Positions 1-13,147 of a DNA stretch of 64,000 bases are shown in pieces (within the stretch, counting starts at the first letter, position 1; every line of letters starts with the position of its first letter). The position numbers and the translations under genes were made by a program. Source of the stretch: Lingula anatina (taxonomy: Eukaryota; Animalia; Brachiopoda); assembly GCA_051362555.1 (NCBI GenBank), contig CM120645.1, positions 12,896,001 through 12,960,000 of the forward strand, in the 5' to 3' direction. The notes under the pieces are model-generated. The model was not told where the DNA came from. It saw only the letters and a program-made list of their open reading frames with translations, and ran no database searches.

Positions 1-840
1 ACTAATAGAAAAAATATGAGGTGTGATGACTTTATTGAAACTTCCTTCACCCTAAAACATGGCGTATGGTGATTGTACATGATCATAGATTTCCTTAGTA
101 GTCAAATATTTGAAATTTTCCTCATATAGTGATTGTTTCTAATAAAATTAAAGTATACGTACGTGGTAGGTTACTTACAGGTGCAATAGACCGGGTATAA
201 ATGACAACATTATAGTCTCTCTGATGAATTCGCTGATGAGTATTGTGATATTTTTTACTGATGCACAGTATAATACAAGAAATCCGAGATATATATTATG
301 CCTAATGGAAGCTAAAAGCAAAACACGATGTGTAAATAACATGAAATATTCCACAAATGATAAATAACAAATAAATTTAAATTTAGTTGCATATTTTCTC
401 ACAAAAATTGATAATAAAAAACTTGAAACTTCTTTGTTACATGAGTGCAATTCGACTGTGTGTTTCTACAACAAATTTATGTAACCTCCTTTACTCAATC
501 AAACAGTCATAGAATTTTCACGCGTGTGCTTTTAATGATTTTAAACATTTTAACTCCTACATTAACGCACAGCTCGATAAACCCAAAATATAAATATGCC
601 GAAATTGTTAGTATAATATTTCAAATCAACGTTTGTTTTGTTCCCCTTTTCTAACCGTGTGACAAAACTGGAGGTCTGTTAAAGGAGAATTCGCTCTAGG
701 GCGGGACTAACTTGTACATGTTCAATTCAGTGGGTTCGGACCTATCTGATGCGGGGTGGACTCTCTGGTATATGAGGGGGCCCTCTGAAAACTCTGTGTT
801 ATGCCGTGGGTTTCACAGTTAATTAAGTATGATGTGACGT
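1..840 (+). repeat. Segmental-duplication copy of the gene B 3' UTR and B/C intergenic region
   Basis: Colinear high similarity to ~28530-29760 (e.g. gtgatgactttattgaaactt; gaagctaaaagcaaaacacg; tttcacagttaattaagt). Confidence 0.9.
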
Positions 841-1092
841 ATGTTAAGATACTCCATGGTATATTACCACTTCATAGGATAAGAATTACTACTTCATGAT
901 AGAAGGCGACTTCATTGGTTAAAAAATAAGGACCCTTAGGAGACTTCGTAGTATATTACCACTTCATGGTACATTGTATCCAAACATGTTTCAGTTCTGG
1001 TTGGATGCGGAAATTAGGCGTAAAGGTCGATATGATGTTTCATTCTAGACCATGATTTCCAGAGTGACGCGCGTATTTGAAATGGGGTGTGT

Positions 1093-1123
<31 letters not shown>

Positions 1124-3411
1124 GGGGATAACATTACTCACTCACATGATAGTGCGTATTTTATCTCGTTGTAGTTTAATGAAGCTGTTATTTTCAGATG
1201 TTCTCGTAGATACCCGTGAGATTAACTTCTATAAATAAAGTACTTTATTTCAAGAGCTCCGGTCCAGTGACGGAAAGCATAAAGCTAGTTTTTTTGTTTT
1301 ACCCATTTAGTTTTGAGATTTTTTAGATTTCAGGACGATGAAAAACTGACAATATTTGGACGTTGAATCATGATGGGTCTAAGGCACTAGATGTATAAGA
1401 CAAACGAAGTGTATAAATGAACACATTGCCTGCCTTTAAACTAGGGCATAAAACTGACCATGTGTGGTTTGATTGACGGCGCAGGTTTATAGATGTGGCT
1501 AGTACACAGTAGCAAGAATGTATGTCCTTCCACTGTAGGTAGAGAACTCTACTAGGCAGAGAGGTTTTAATTTTGTTCCACACTAAGTGTACATTAATAT
1601 CTTTAACAAACAGTCTATTCCATTATTCGTGTTATAGAAGTATCTCTTTTGTAACTATGACATAAACGTTATGACTTGCAATAACAAGCTGTAAAAATAG
1701 GCTTTTCTATTGATATGCAACATATAAATGTTTCGAAAATATCTCGGTCGTTTGACCTCCTGGCCTATATACTTAATGAAAACGCTTAGGTCGGAAAGTC
1801 TGAAATCTGAATCATTTGAAACGGTCAACTGTCCAGATAGATGTTGGGGAGAATGAAATGCCGGGGATTCATAAAACTGGTGTAGAGCCGCATTTTGCAA
1901 CCAAAGAAAATCGTGAAAACGAATTTTTCAACCAGAACGCATTTTGCAACCAGAATTTTTTCTTAGTCAATAAATAGCTAGTGTGAATTTCTATAGAGGT
2001 AGAATTGGAATGGGGACGGGGTTGTCTCGGTTAGGTACGCTTACATTGGCCAAGCTTTCCCTGTGGTGGACAATTTATTATATACATGCATAATCTATTT
2101 AACATTGTTACTTCCTAAACCATCATAGTTAGGAACTTGATACGTCGGGGATTAATAAACCTATCATTATAGGGATTTGCAAAGGCTCTTCGGAATTCAA
2201 TTGTGACTTGGGGGTGGTCTATTCTAATTTTTACATCGTACTTTATGCTAGGAACATGAAACGTGGCTACATACTATTTTGAATGTGGGAGGGCACTTCG
2301 GATTTTTTTTTTTTTTGGGGGGGGGGGTCCTGGGGGGCGGTTGAGTCTAATTGACATTGTTATTCCTGCTATATCTATATCCTTAGACCAATAAAGCTGG
2401 GAACGTAAGGCTATGGGGATTGAAAAATCTGTCTTTAGGGATGTTTATGGGTCTTTCTGTGTTTTTGTGACATTGGGTGTGGCCGCCCCTGGGGAGGTTG
2501 ATTTTAAATTTTACATCGTTATTCGTGCTTCTACCCTTACGCCATTACAGTTGGGAACATGAAACCCTCCGGGCTGATAAGCTTACCATTGAGGATATGC
2601 ATAGGTTTCCGGGAATGTTAGTATGATATTTCAGGTGTGGCTATCCCGGGGGGTGGTTGATTCTATTTTTCACAACTTTATTTCTGCCATCTATTTCCTT
2701 AAATTTTAAGGAACATGAAACGGAGATTGATGAACCAGTGATTTTAATGAATGTGCATGGGTCCTTGAGAAATGTAGAGAACAGCACAAGCACATACAGA
2801 ACTAAATGGACTTCCAGCCATATGCATAAATATAGGTCAGGGAATCCAATTAAAAACTAATTCAAGACCCCACACACTCGATCAGGAATCCTAGCGTTTA
2901 ACTGCTGTTGTGTCTTAACACAAAACAAAAATGTTTATTTCCCAAGAGCAGTAATTAACATGTGTGTTTTATGTTAAAGAACAATGGGACTTGGACCCTA
3001 CATGTAGGATTCCTGAGAGTATGGGGTCTTGAATGGGTTTTAATTAACTTGACCTATATTCAAGAATACGACTGAAGGTCTGTTATTTAGTACTGTCTGC
3101 TGCTTTCTCTACATTTCCCCTTCCTTCCTAACTCGAAGACTGCCATCAGATTCACACATAGGCTGTAGTGCTAGCTGGGTCGGTCCAACTCTGCAAGGAA
3201 TCTTAAATGCAATCTATGGAATCAGCTTCATTGCCTGACAAACCACTAATCACTCCACCCCCTAGGGACGGCCACACCCCAAGTCACACTAATGTAGCCC
3301 ACCCATGCATCAAAGACTCATGTTTCTTATTCGAATGGTCTAGGGGGTGATGAAATAAATTACGGTAATATATATGTGTACCATCCCCAGGGACAGCCAC
3401 ACCCCAGGTCA

Positions 3412-3467
<56 letters not shown>

Positions 3468-4749
3468 CCTATGCACACCCCGACATTTTAGTTTCCTCAA
3501 CCTAAAGACCTATGGGTATATAGCAGAATACAATTTAAAGATAATAATCAACCACCCCTAGGTCACCAAAGTCACCAAAAATCTGAAGGACACGTGCACA
3601 TCCCTAATGGCAAGTTTAAATATCCCAACGTCTCATGCTCCTCACCTAAATGGATAGAGGATACCAGTAACAACGATATAAAAAATATATACCCCCCCCC
3701 CCCCAAAGGACTGTTAAGTCCCACTACTAAAGGTCTACGGGTAGATAGCAGAAATTACGATGTAAAAATTACAATCAACCACAATTACAATCAACCACAA
3801 TTCTGAATAAATATCAATCTACAAGCCTGTTGATCTCGCAGATCAACTACGTTAATTAGGCTGCTAAACAACAAGCAGGCCTACCCCCCCCCCCCCCCTC
3901 CGAACGCCTTATTAACAGGTTTCCAAATGCAGACTGTGCCGCAGATAATACTTTCGGGTCAAATGAGAGCCAGCCAAGGGCACATTTCGGGGACACCATT
4001 GATCACGCCATGATGGACATTCACAGGTGTAGGACCAGAACAGAGCATCTCGGAAACCAAGGGACAGACGTAAATCATTACACTTGCGCCTGTCTTTCCT
4101 CATGGAAAAATTAGTCTTTTCAGAGTGGTACGCGACTTGATCAAGATAATTGTAGAGCACAATTATATACACGACCTTCTCTGCTTCTTTTTATTATCTA
4201 TTTATTTATCTTTAATAACTAATTCCTTTTTGTTTATTTATCCATCTTATAATCCAGTAACCTACGCGTAAATTATGTTTTCATAGCCTGGTTTACCTGA
4301 TCCATTAGTTTTATGCATCAAGCGGATCTGGGAAGGGAGGGCCCAGGGGGTCTGGACCCCCTTTTCTTCAACGCTGGCCATAATCTCCCATAATGTACTG
4401 ATTTTTAGAAATACTGGATCCTCACCTACATACGCCTGTGTATTTTAAAATTACTCAAAACATGCATCCAATACCACTAAAGAAACCCTATTCAGTCATA
4501 CAAGTGAATTAAAACGTTCAGTTTACCTATTTTGGATAATATTTACAGTACAAAAACATTATATTTCAAAAACGTTCTCTCTCATAGCGTTGGGCCAACA
4601 ACAGGTACTTTTTCACCATTATCCCATGAAGTCGCAGGCAATATCTTATGTGGAGATGAAGTCGCAATTTATCCTATGAAGTCGATTTGACAGTAAAATC
4701 AGAGCATTTATCCTATGAAGTGGTAATATACCATGAAGTATCTTAACAG
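841..4749. mobile_element. 3.9-kb TIR element with ACGT target duplication, containing nested repeats
   Basis: ~42-bp TIRs (a/ctgttaagatactycatggtatattaccacttcataggataa, 2 mismatches), flanked by ACGT at 837-840 and 4750-4753. The empty site is visible in the paralogous region at ~29755-29772. Confidence 0.85.
2768..3116. mobile_element. Degenerate MITE-like inverted repeat nested in the 841-4749 element
   Basis: aaatgtagagaa..ttcaagaccccacacactc is mirrored by gagtatggggtcttgaa..ttctctacattt. Confidence 0.55.
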
Positions 4750-5282
4750 ACGTAGTTTAGTCCCTTATCATTCCGCACAGGAGCTTGGATAAGTTACATC
4801 TCGTCCTGATATATACAGTGCCGCCGGAATCTCCCCTTACCAAATGGCCGTATGGTTTCCCAACCCTGCCCCATATGGTCGAACAATAGAGGCCGTATGA
4901 TAATTACAGGGTAGGGGAATCCCCAAGCAATCCTTATCGGACACCCAAATTAGTCGCTTCAACGAACACGGTCTGCCCCTTCTTAATTGCCTCACTTAAA
5001 GTTTCTATTATAGCTGATGCAAAGAGATTGCTATCAACACGAGCAAACAATACCGGGTTATGTATCAACTGCAACAGAAGACTCGAGTAAAGGCAAGTCA
5101 AATATTAGAACAAAACTCTGAAGAAGAAATCAGACTTTGTTTTAAAACACGTATAAAAAGTTTATTTGATGATAATAAGTCACGATCAACAAAAGCGTAG
5201 TTAAAATGGAAAATTTTAAATAGCTTATACATCAAATAAATATCAATGTCTCATTACCTTTATTACATGTGTTGCTAGTTAA

Positions 5283-5616
5283 TTAGCCTGATGCACGACC
5301 TTCTCTCTCAAGTACCGCTGGAATCATCTTCTTTAGGTGATTTATATATTTATTACTGTATAATACACTTTTCTGCGTTAATATGGTCATCTCCTCGTCT
5401 ATAACGTTCATGTGGCGCAGGTCAACCTTTGAGGGACGTCCACTTCGTGGCTTATCTGCAAGAAAGCCCTTCGTCGTATTTTTTTAACGCATAGTAAATG
5501 GCTTGTCGCGACACTGTATGGCCTTCATTTTCCATTTGTGCGGTTATGTTTTTAATTCGCACCCCTTGTTCTTGGAGGGCGATGATACGCAGACGCACGT
5601 AATCGCTAAGAGGCAT
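5283..5616 (-). pseudogene. Tc1-like transposase remnant (N-terminal HTH fused to C-terminal end, DDE core deleted)
   Basis: MPLSDYVRLRIIALQEQG..VSRQAIYYALKKY, then after a frameshift ADKPRSGRPSKV (GRP linker), then ..NKYINHLKKMIPAVLEREGRASG*, which resembles a Tc1-family C-terminus. Confidence 0.75.
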
Positions 5617-6160
5617 CTTGGAATTGTGATGATTTGGAAAATTTGATTGTCGATTTATACCGTTCACTTGGCAGGTGACACGATGGCATGGAAATCAGTG
5701 ACATAAACAGGTCATATTAAACAAAATACTTATTGGCCATTTAGGAAGTCCAGATACACAAACAATCCTGTTGACACGTGTCAGTTGATTTAGAATTATG
5801 TGCAATTGATTAGTTTGGATTGAAGAGCGTCATCGCAATGTTAACATTAATTTTAGACGACGCGTGTCAACCAGTAGTGATTATGTAATAGTCAGGGCTT
5901 AATCACTGTGTTTACCCAGCATGAATAAAGCTAACCTGGACTGATTGTTAATAAATGTGAGATGACACGTGCCAACCAGTGAAGTTAGCCCGAGAGATTG
6001 TAATCCAGTTTTTTTAAATTAATTTCTTTTGATGCGTTTAAGTATGAAGAAGGCTTTTGGTTAAGTTTGGGCTTTAGATCGTAAAGATGAACTATTCCTA
6101 TCGTTTTGAATTACATATCAAACAATGATAGAGAAACAGTTCCTACTTTTTGTCCTACAG

Positions 6161-6501
6161 AATCAAGGAATCAGTCTTTCCGCCGGCCATCCATCGCCTT
6201 GTCAAATAAAGAAATATTCGAAATTCGACAACGGGCCAGTTCCCCAGGCAACTTTTGCGTTCAGTTGATGGGAAGGTTGTTTACGATTGATGAACGAATA
6301 CGAAAGGACAGAAATGTTACGGGTGTAGATGGGAGAGATCCTATATGCAAATATAGACTGAACTATATTAAAGATATGGCTAACAAAATGTTTATCACTG
6401 AAACAACTGACAAGTATTTTTGGAAAAAATGCATTTCGTCTATGAACAAAACTAATAGAAATATAAGGACATACTATAAAAATAAAATTCAATCTTGTTA
6501 A
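6161..6501 (+). CDS. BEN-domain-like exon carried inside the Tc1-like element
   Basis: ..ASSPGNFCVQLMGRLFTIDERIRKDRNVTGVDGRDPICKYRLNYIKD..FWKKCISSMNKTNRN matches the BEN pattern (LF..EE..N..G...L....L..I...W..C...N). Acceptor tttgtcctacag ends at 6160 and AATAAA is at ~6535. Confidence 0.65.
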
Positions 6502-7629
6502 TAATATGTATATAGGAAAGACAGTTTGAAGCCTAATAAATATTACATGTACAAGTAGTGTTTTATTTGATCTTTAATAAATTCATAAATTCATTTATTA
6601 AACTCTATGTAAATTCAATCAATTCATAGCTACAATGTACACGAAAATTGCTGTCATCACCGAATCTTTTTGGTGAAGCGACTTTTAAAAATCACTGTTG
6701 GCAAGTTCTTATACTTAAAAACTCCGTATCAGAGTAGAGTGATCAAAGTAGAGTGAAGCCACCGCGCATTAAAGGTCAATTAACGCTTGGACGAACACTT
6801 AATTGCGACCACGCTCACCTTCGATCTTTATCTCAGCGAGCTAGGGTTAGGCTCTTTTGTTAGCAGAAAGTTTGTCACGATAATTGCCCGACGGGCAGGG
6901 TATGGAACTATTGTTAACAGAAACCAAACAGCGTATGGATGACAATGTTATTTCCATAGTTACCGAGCCAGGCCGTCCGTACAACCCGCAGCGACCCGGA
7001 GGGTAAGTAAGGGGAGATTCCGGCGGCACTGTATCAGCGGCTGTTGGCTGTTGTTGATTACTTTCGTTTGCTGGCATGCCAAGAGCAGTATATGCGCTGT
7101 CATTGATGTTAGCATATTCAGCCACGTTGTTATCTGTTGCCATATTGTTGGCCTCCAGTGACATATACTCGTGATCCCTATCTGCACTGTCTGGAGGACT
7201 CAAACTGTTTTGGTTCAAACCAGGGGTGTCGCTGTGATCTGTATCAGCAAACGGCTGAGAAGTGGGATTCCGTCTTCTAAATTAAAACGAAATTCAAGAA
7301 GAAAAATTCATAATAATTACCCTAAAGAGCTGTAAAACATAACATCATCATATATTTATATAAGATCATCGTTGGCTAAGATTAAATTCTAGACATTTTT
7401 AAACAGAAGCTGTTTATTTATTATTACAAAAATGCCTTGCACTTTGATTAAAGCTTTATATTTTAAGCTCTATATTATAGAATTTTGGTTTGACACTTTT
7501 ATTTGTATAATACAATATCCTATTTTAATATTCCAAGCAATATTTTCAATAAAATCGTTGAAATCCCATTTTTAGATAGTATACGGCTCATTGCAATACC
7601 CAGCTGTCAAAAAGCTATTACTGCGTCCA

Positions 7630-7850
7630 AGGGACCATTCCTACCCCATCGTAATAACTGAGGATCGATCTATCGCCAAGGGGATTCTCGCTAAAATGCA
7701 ATCAACTAAAGTGGCTTAGATGTCTGTCACGCCTACTGAAGCTGATAGGGTGTAAATAATTATCATTTAGCAGCTTTAAGCTGAAAGCAATTTAGCGAGA
7801 AACCCCTTGGGGATGGATCGATCCTGTTAGATCGATCTAGGTATGGGAAC
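7630..7850. mobile_element. MITE family with agatcgatcta core (copies also at ~29016-29211, ~30370-30745 and ~39540-40345)
   Basis: Shared inverted termini gatcgatctatc.c..ggggattctc / ccc..gggga.gatcgatc. It sits at the same intronic position in genes A and C. Confidence 0.65.
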
Positions 7851-8760
7851 CCAGTTTAACTGACCTTTTTATGACAACCACGATGACTCCCACCAAGATT
7901 AGCACCAATGCTGTTGCTATCCAGCCGCTGATGGCGACAGCCACAGGTACTTGTTCTTTCAAACATTAAAGATATTTAATTTTACAGTAGAGATAGGTTT
8001 ATAGACATATCTGTTTGACTTCATTAATTATTATATGACCAATAAAAGGTTGCATACTACATCTTTCCCATCCAGTCATTTGCTTTGTAATTCATTCATG
8101 CAAGCACCTTTCTCTTTCCTCTTTTACTGAACACGTAACGCCCCAATAATTTGATTTTACGTTTTATCACCGTTCTCCTCTCATTACCTGTCAATGCTTC
8201 TGGCGTGACTTCATTCCTTTGAATGACTGAAAAGAAATAACTTAATTCAATGTCGTTATTCAGTTTAACGTGAAAATGCAAGAAAAAGTCATATTTTGTC
8301 GGTACACATACAGTACGGACCTTCTTCTACCAAACCCAAATTGAATTTACCAGAAGGAACACAGCTCGGTAAACTCTGGTCAAATGTACCATCGGTCCGG
8401 CAATTAAGGATCATCACCGTCGACGTGTCGTTGAATTGGAAGCCGGTATTACACGTATATGTGACAGTTTGTCCTTCAAATATAACGGAACGCTGTGTTA
8501 CCTGTCTCAGGTGATCACCTACAGGAAGGATTTCACAGGTTCCTGGAAGTAAGGCAAATCTTTTCAATATATTTATATTTTCAAGTTAGTAAAATGCCCA
8601 ATAATAGCAGCAGGAATTGTACACATAAATATTACGAGGATATAATCGTTAGGTGAACATGTAGCAAACTGACGATTAAAATATAATTCAAAATCTTTCC
8701 TCAGTTTTCTATTTTGATATGTTCTTGATATCAGACTTACTGTTGCAGGTATAGGTAATA

Positions 8761-11700
8761 CAGTGGTCGGAATAATTTTGTTTCCGTTGTACACCGGTGT
8801 AACCACGTTCGAAATGTTTTAATCCCTATCTTGTGAATAGAAGGGGGCGGACAAACAATGGAGGGCCGTATAAATCCCTTCAAAATTCGAACGCACAAAC
8901 ACAATAGCTTAGGTGGAATAACACAATACTTAATACGTGTGAACCCCATGACGCCGGTTTCTGTGGCCCAGCGCGAGCGTGACAATCCGCTGTAACTAGG
9001 TGTAATTAACAGCAGGATACATCAGCCAGAAGGTCCCTATTGTTTGTTGCGGCGATAGGATTATAGCTTGAAGAGGCTAAACCCATGCTAAGGCGTGCCA
9101 CGCGAAGCGAACTGTCCTTTTGTTCACTAGTTTGGCACGCGCAGCTGGTTTTTAGTGTTGCTAACTAACTGCTAGTTAAATTTGTTATCAGTTATTTCAT
9201 CCTATATGAAATTTCCGCAGTCAAAACTTGAACTCATTATTGTTTGTTTGGTTGAAATGCATGAGCGTCAGCATCAATCTGTCTCAAAAAATTCCTATTG
9301 CATTAATTTATAAATGTATAATTTATTTATGTACTTACGTTTTAATTTGAAATATCTGCATTCAAGCGTTCAAGTATTTATAAAACATGAATGATAATGA
9401 AAGAGGAATAAGGAAATAACATATTACTTATATTATGCTTATATTATAATATTGAAATTAAATGAGGTGCATTGACATAGGCGCAATGACAATCCAACTA
9501 CAACGTGCAACAGGGGGAAGTCTGGCTGTATGATCATACAATATACGAAAGTACGGTCAATTAAAAGTGTAAATCATCAGTTAAATAGGAGGGGGTCTTA
9601 CTATGGTCGCTATCTATTGTTAAACCCGACTGTTATTGTCTCTCGAACAAGCTTAAAGCATGCCTATACAATTACTGTGTCTCCGGCTGCCGTTCAGAAA
9701 CACCATGTCGAACGTATTTTGCTACAGTGAGAAACATGGTACACTAGCGACTTGTTTTAGATCACTCAAGAAAGGATGCATACGTGCGACACCAGAGGAA
9801 AAACAATCAAGTATGCGTCTGATCCATTAATAGTAATTGCACAGTGCATGTTACTAGACCTTTGTCCTAACTCAGTAGTTAGGAATAGGATGTTTGGATA
9901 AAAAGCTTCTATTCAACTCGCTTAGACCTAGGGCGTGATGCTATCATCCGATGAAACACGTAACTGCACCCTCTACCTGAACCTGAAGTCCCTTTACCTG
10001 AAACAAAAACTGCCCCTTGAACATGTCCATTTTTTAATCGTCAAATGATTTGTGATTTCATTGAACGTCTTTGATCGAAAGCTTTCAAGTGACAATAACC
10101 GAACCATGTGTTGATTATTTATTAAAGCGTACTTAAGTTTATTCAACATGATCTATTTTGTAAACGATACTTGCCAAGATTGAGCTTGGATTGATCACCG
10201 TCACTATTTAGCTACTCGCCTATAATGCTTGCTGAACGACAGACAACTTAAAAATATTATCTGTGTAACTGTGCAAATGCAAATGTTAAAATATAACAAA
10301 GCCGGCATCTAATCCATCGAACATATTTATATTTGTTCTTTTTAAACCAGTGTAAGGGTAACGCCAAATCAAAGCAAGCCTTGCAGACTGGTTTTGTTTA
10401 AACTGTCGTGCATCAAGTAAAGCTAAGTAAAGCCTGTTTCTACTTCGCAGTGTTCATCCCAGCCATAAAACTGCATGAAGGATAACAAGACTCCGTAGAC
10501 CTGTGCTTCAGGTTTCCAGGAGTCCCGTGTAACACAATAATATCGAAGACCTGAGAGTAATACATATATGAGGCCGTGTATGAAAGATTTAACAAATTAG
10601 AAATTCAAGAATTTAAACATGCTAGGTACATGCACATCACTTAATAAGTCATTTCACAAAAATCGCATCTAATTGTTTAAATTAACCTTTACTTTTATCG
10701 ATCTCATCCCATTGTCTCAACCACCTAAAAGAAATATAGAGAACATGAGGAAAAGTAACACGTTTACATGCAGGCGAAGGAGTTATACTTCAATATTAAT
10801 CGCGAACAACATCAACAGCGACTAAAGACCGTTGCCTGTCTTTCACACTTTTACACAAACACACGAAGGTTTAATAAAGGGAGTCGCGGCGCGATATCTA
10901 CAGGTATCTCTTTCATTCGAACAAGCAAAGGGCTGACCCGAAGTAAGCTTTCTATACTAATGTCCTTTTTATTGTGTATTGTAATTACTCTACTTGCTCG
11001 CCTCCATTGTCTTGTAAAAGTGACAAAGAATGTGTTGTATTCACACACGAGATGAAAGAACTCCTTTACCTTAAGTTGCATAATGTCTTTCTCAAGGTTA
11101 TAATCAGTGTGAAGAGGGTGTCTTGCCTCATTTAAAAAGGGTGTTGTTCTTCATACTGGTTGTTGCTTAACTTATGCTAATCTTAAACTTTTATGTACCA
11201 ATATGGTTTTAATAAATCGCTAAAATTATTAATTTAATGAACATTGTGTATCAAACGTTTTGATACGATTTAAATAAATGGACGAGGAGGATTACGGTAT
11301 TAGGTTCTATTTACCTCTGGCTTTAACTTCGCCCTGCTATATAAATGAACAAATGTTGCAGATCGTAACAAAAAACTTTCTTATAGTGTTTTATGACATA
11401 TATGATTTACACATTTGATAGTGAAACACTCCTCGACTTTAACGAATCACCTGACGTAAACTGTCTACCCGCGCTCCCCGAAAAAAACTGTTTCTTTTAA
11501 TTTTGAAATGAATTCCTTTTAAGGCAAAGAAGTCCATTAAACCCTTTAGTCTCAATATCATTGTACAGCATGTTGTAATCGATATTTAAAAAAGTTAATT
11601 TTTGTACTCCGCTTTCATCGAGGATACCTCAAGTTGAGGTTACAATTACGTCGCTCGCCTATGCTACTGGAATATATATTTAAGGACAAATTAAGCTTTG

Positions 11701-13147
11701 TAAAGTCCCTATTGTCACACACCATAGATACTTTATTTTGTCTTGAATGAAAAAATAGCCTCAAATTATCGTTTTGTGCTTAAACCTTTCATTACTTGAA
11801 CCAAGATCTGTACTATAGCTACCAAGACGTACATGCATCAAGTTGGGTCTGCTGGGGGAGGGGAGCATTTAAATGATAAACGAGGAAGTCTACCTGCAAA
11901 AGCAGCAGCAGTGGTTTAAATAATCGCTATCTAGACTCCTTTTTCTTTGACAGCAACATAAAAAGTGTTTAGGGAGAAAGTCACACAAAGACCCGACGTT
12001 GTTTTGTCTTCAGCATTTCCTCTTCCTTGTTATCTGCAATTACTATCGTCAATTAATGAAATCGAGAAAGCAATTAAGTGACGGCACATTGAATATAGTC
12101 ACTAGGTGCATTTCGCTGAGTGTTTACAAGATCTAGCGACACATTTTATCGCCACGCGTTCTAGTTTGATTAGTTTAGAAAATTAAACAGTTACTCTGTC
12201 GGCTCTCCGTCATTGCTATGAATCTGACATCGAATTTAGTCCAAAATATTAGTAAATTCAGAATTATTAGCTAAAACGTAAATTGCTCTAATTTGTCAGA
12301 TAATCAAAAATGCCGGTGATCCACGCGGAGGGTACGCTTTCCTGAAGGTAGCGGCGACGAACGGCGACGATATTTTTCTGAATAGTGAACCTTTATTAGT
12401 TACGAAAAGCCCCCTTTTCAACAGGCGCGTTTTATTAATTACTTCATGTCACAAAGTTAATTTATACAGGCAAAACTTTATTTTAAGGAAATAGTTTCAC
12501 GAAATGAACGAGAGTAAAATATTAGTCGGCACAAATATAAGGCATACAACAATGAGTCATGTTATGGATCATGTTATGGGCCATGTCGGATTATAATGGC
12601 ATACCTTGATGCAAAACAGTCTATCGTTTCTTCCACCGCGAGTCCCTTTATTTAATGTAATGTATTACTCATTACCCGTTTCATTTGACACTCTCTCTTT
12701 TTATCTCCCTTCCCCTTTCTCTTGTTAGAAGGAGGGTACATAATTAAGCACTCAAAATCTGCACCACCAATCTTCAGAAAAACAGAAGTCAACGAACCAG
12801 TGGGCTGATCCACAACATCTGACACAGCAGAATGAATCAAATAACAGCTAGCACTAATTTATATGCAGTTAGCTATAGTGTCACTACATACATAATCAGC
12901 TGCACGCGCGAAGCTGTTGAACAAAAGGATAGTTCGCTACGGGAGACCGTTTGTTTACATAAGTACTCTAAGGGGGCGTGGCTACCCAGGCGACCAAGGG
13001 ATTAGGCTAGTTACTATATGCCGTCAACAATCGTTTAGCGACCCTATCATTATACACTCTCTCTATTGTATTTTCCACCGCATTAATCGCAGTGTAATCT
13101 TCAAATGGTCCACGGGGTAAATGTACACATTCTTAATCCGAGTACGG
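8761..13147. mobile_element. 4.4-kb insertion with TA TSD and imperfect TIRs splitting the second sushi exon of gene A
   Basis: The target ggaagcaaTAttacctat (compare gene C ggaaggaatattacctat) is duplicated TA at 8759-8760 and 13148-13149. Ends CAGTGGTCGGAATAA vs CCGTACTCGGATTAA match at 11/15. Confidence 0.75.

Larger units (their letters stand above)
4816..7031. mobile_element. Tc1/mariner-type DNA transposon (internally deleted) inserted in the last exon of gene A
   Basis: Perfect 25-bp TIRs CAGTGCCGCCGGAATCTCCCCTTAC and TA TSD (4814-4815, 7032-7033). Excision restores the paralog-like C-terminus. Confidence 0.92.

Noticed and set aside
175-4172. Short ORFs in the ORF track (including poly-F/poly-K ORFs at 3284-3561)
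   Set aside because: They fall in UTR-like or repeat DNA and homopolymer runs, with no domain signature or consistent splice structure.
7040-7175. Canonical ITAM in class I tails
   Set aside because: Spacing between YxxL/I/V motifs is 4 (YANI-NDSA-YTAL) or 13 residues, not the 6-8 of an ITAM. They are reported only as ITIM-like/SH2 motifs.
10768-11160. ORFs inside the 4.4-kb insertion as transposase or RT
   Set aside because: No DDE, HTH or RT motifs are recognisable.
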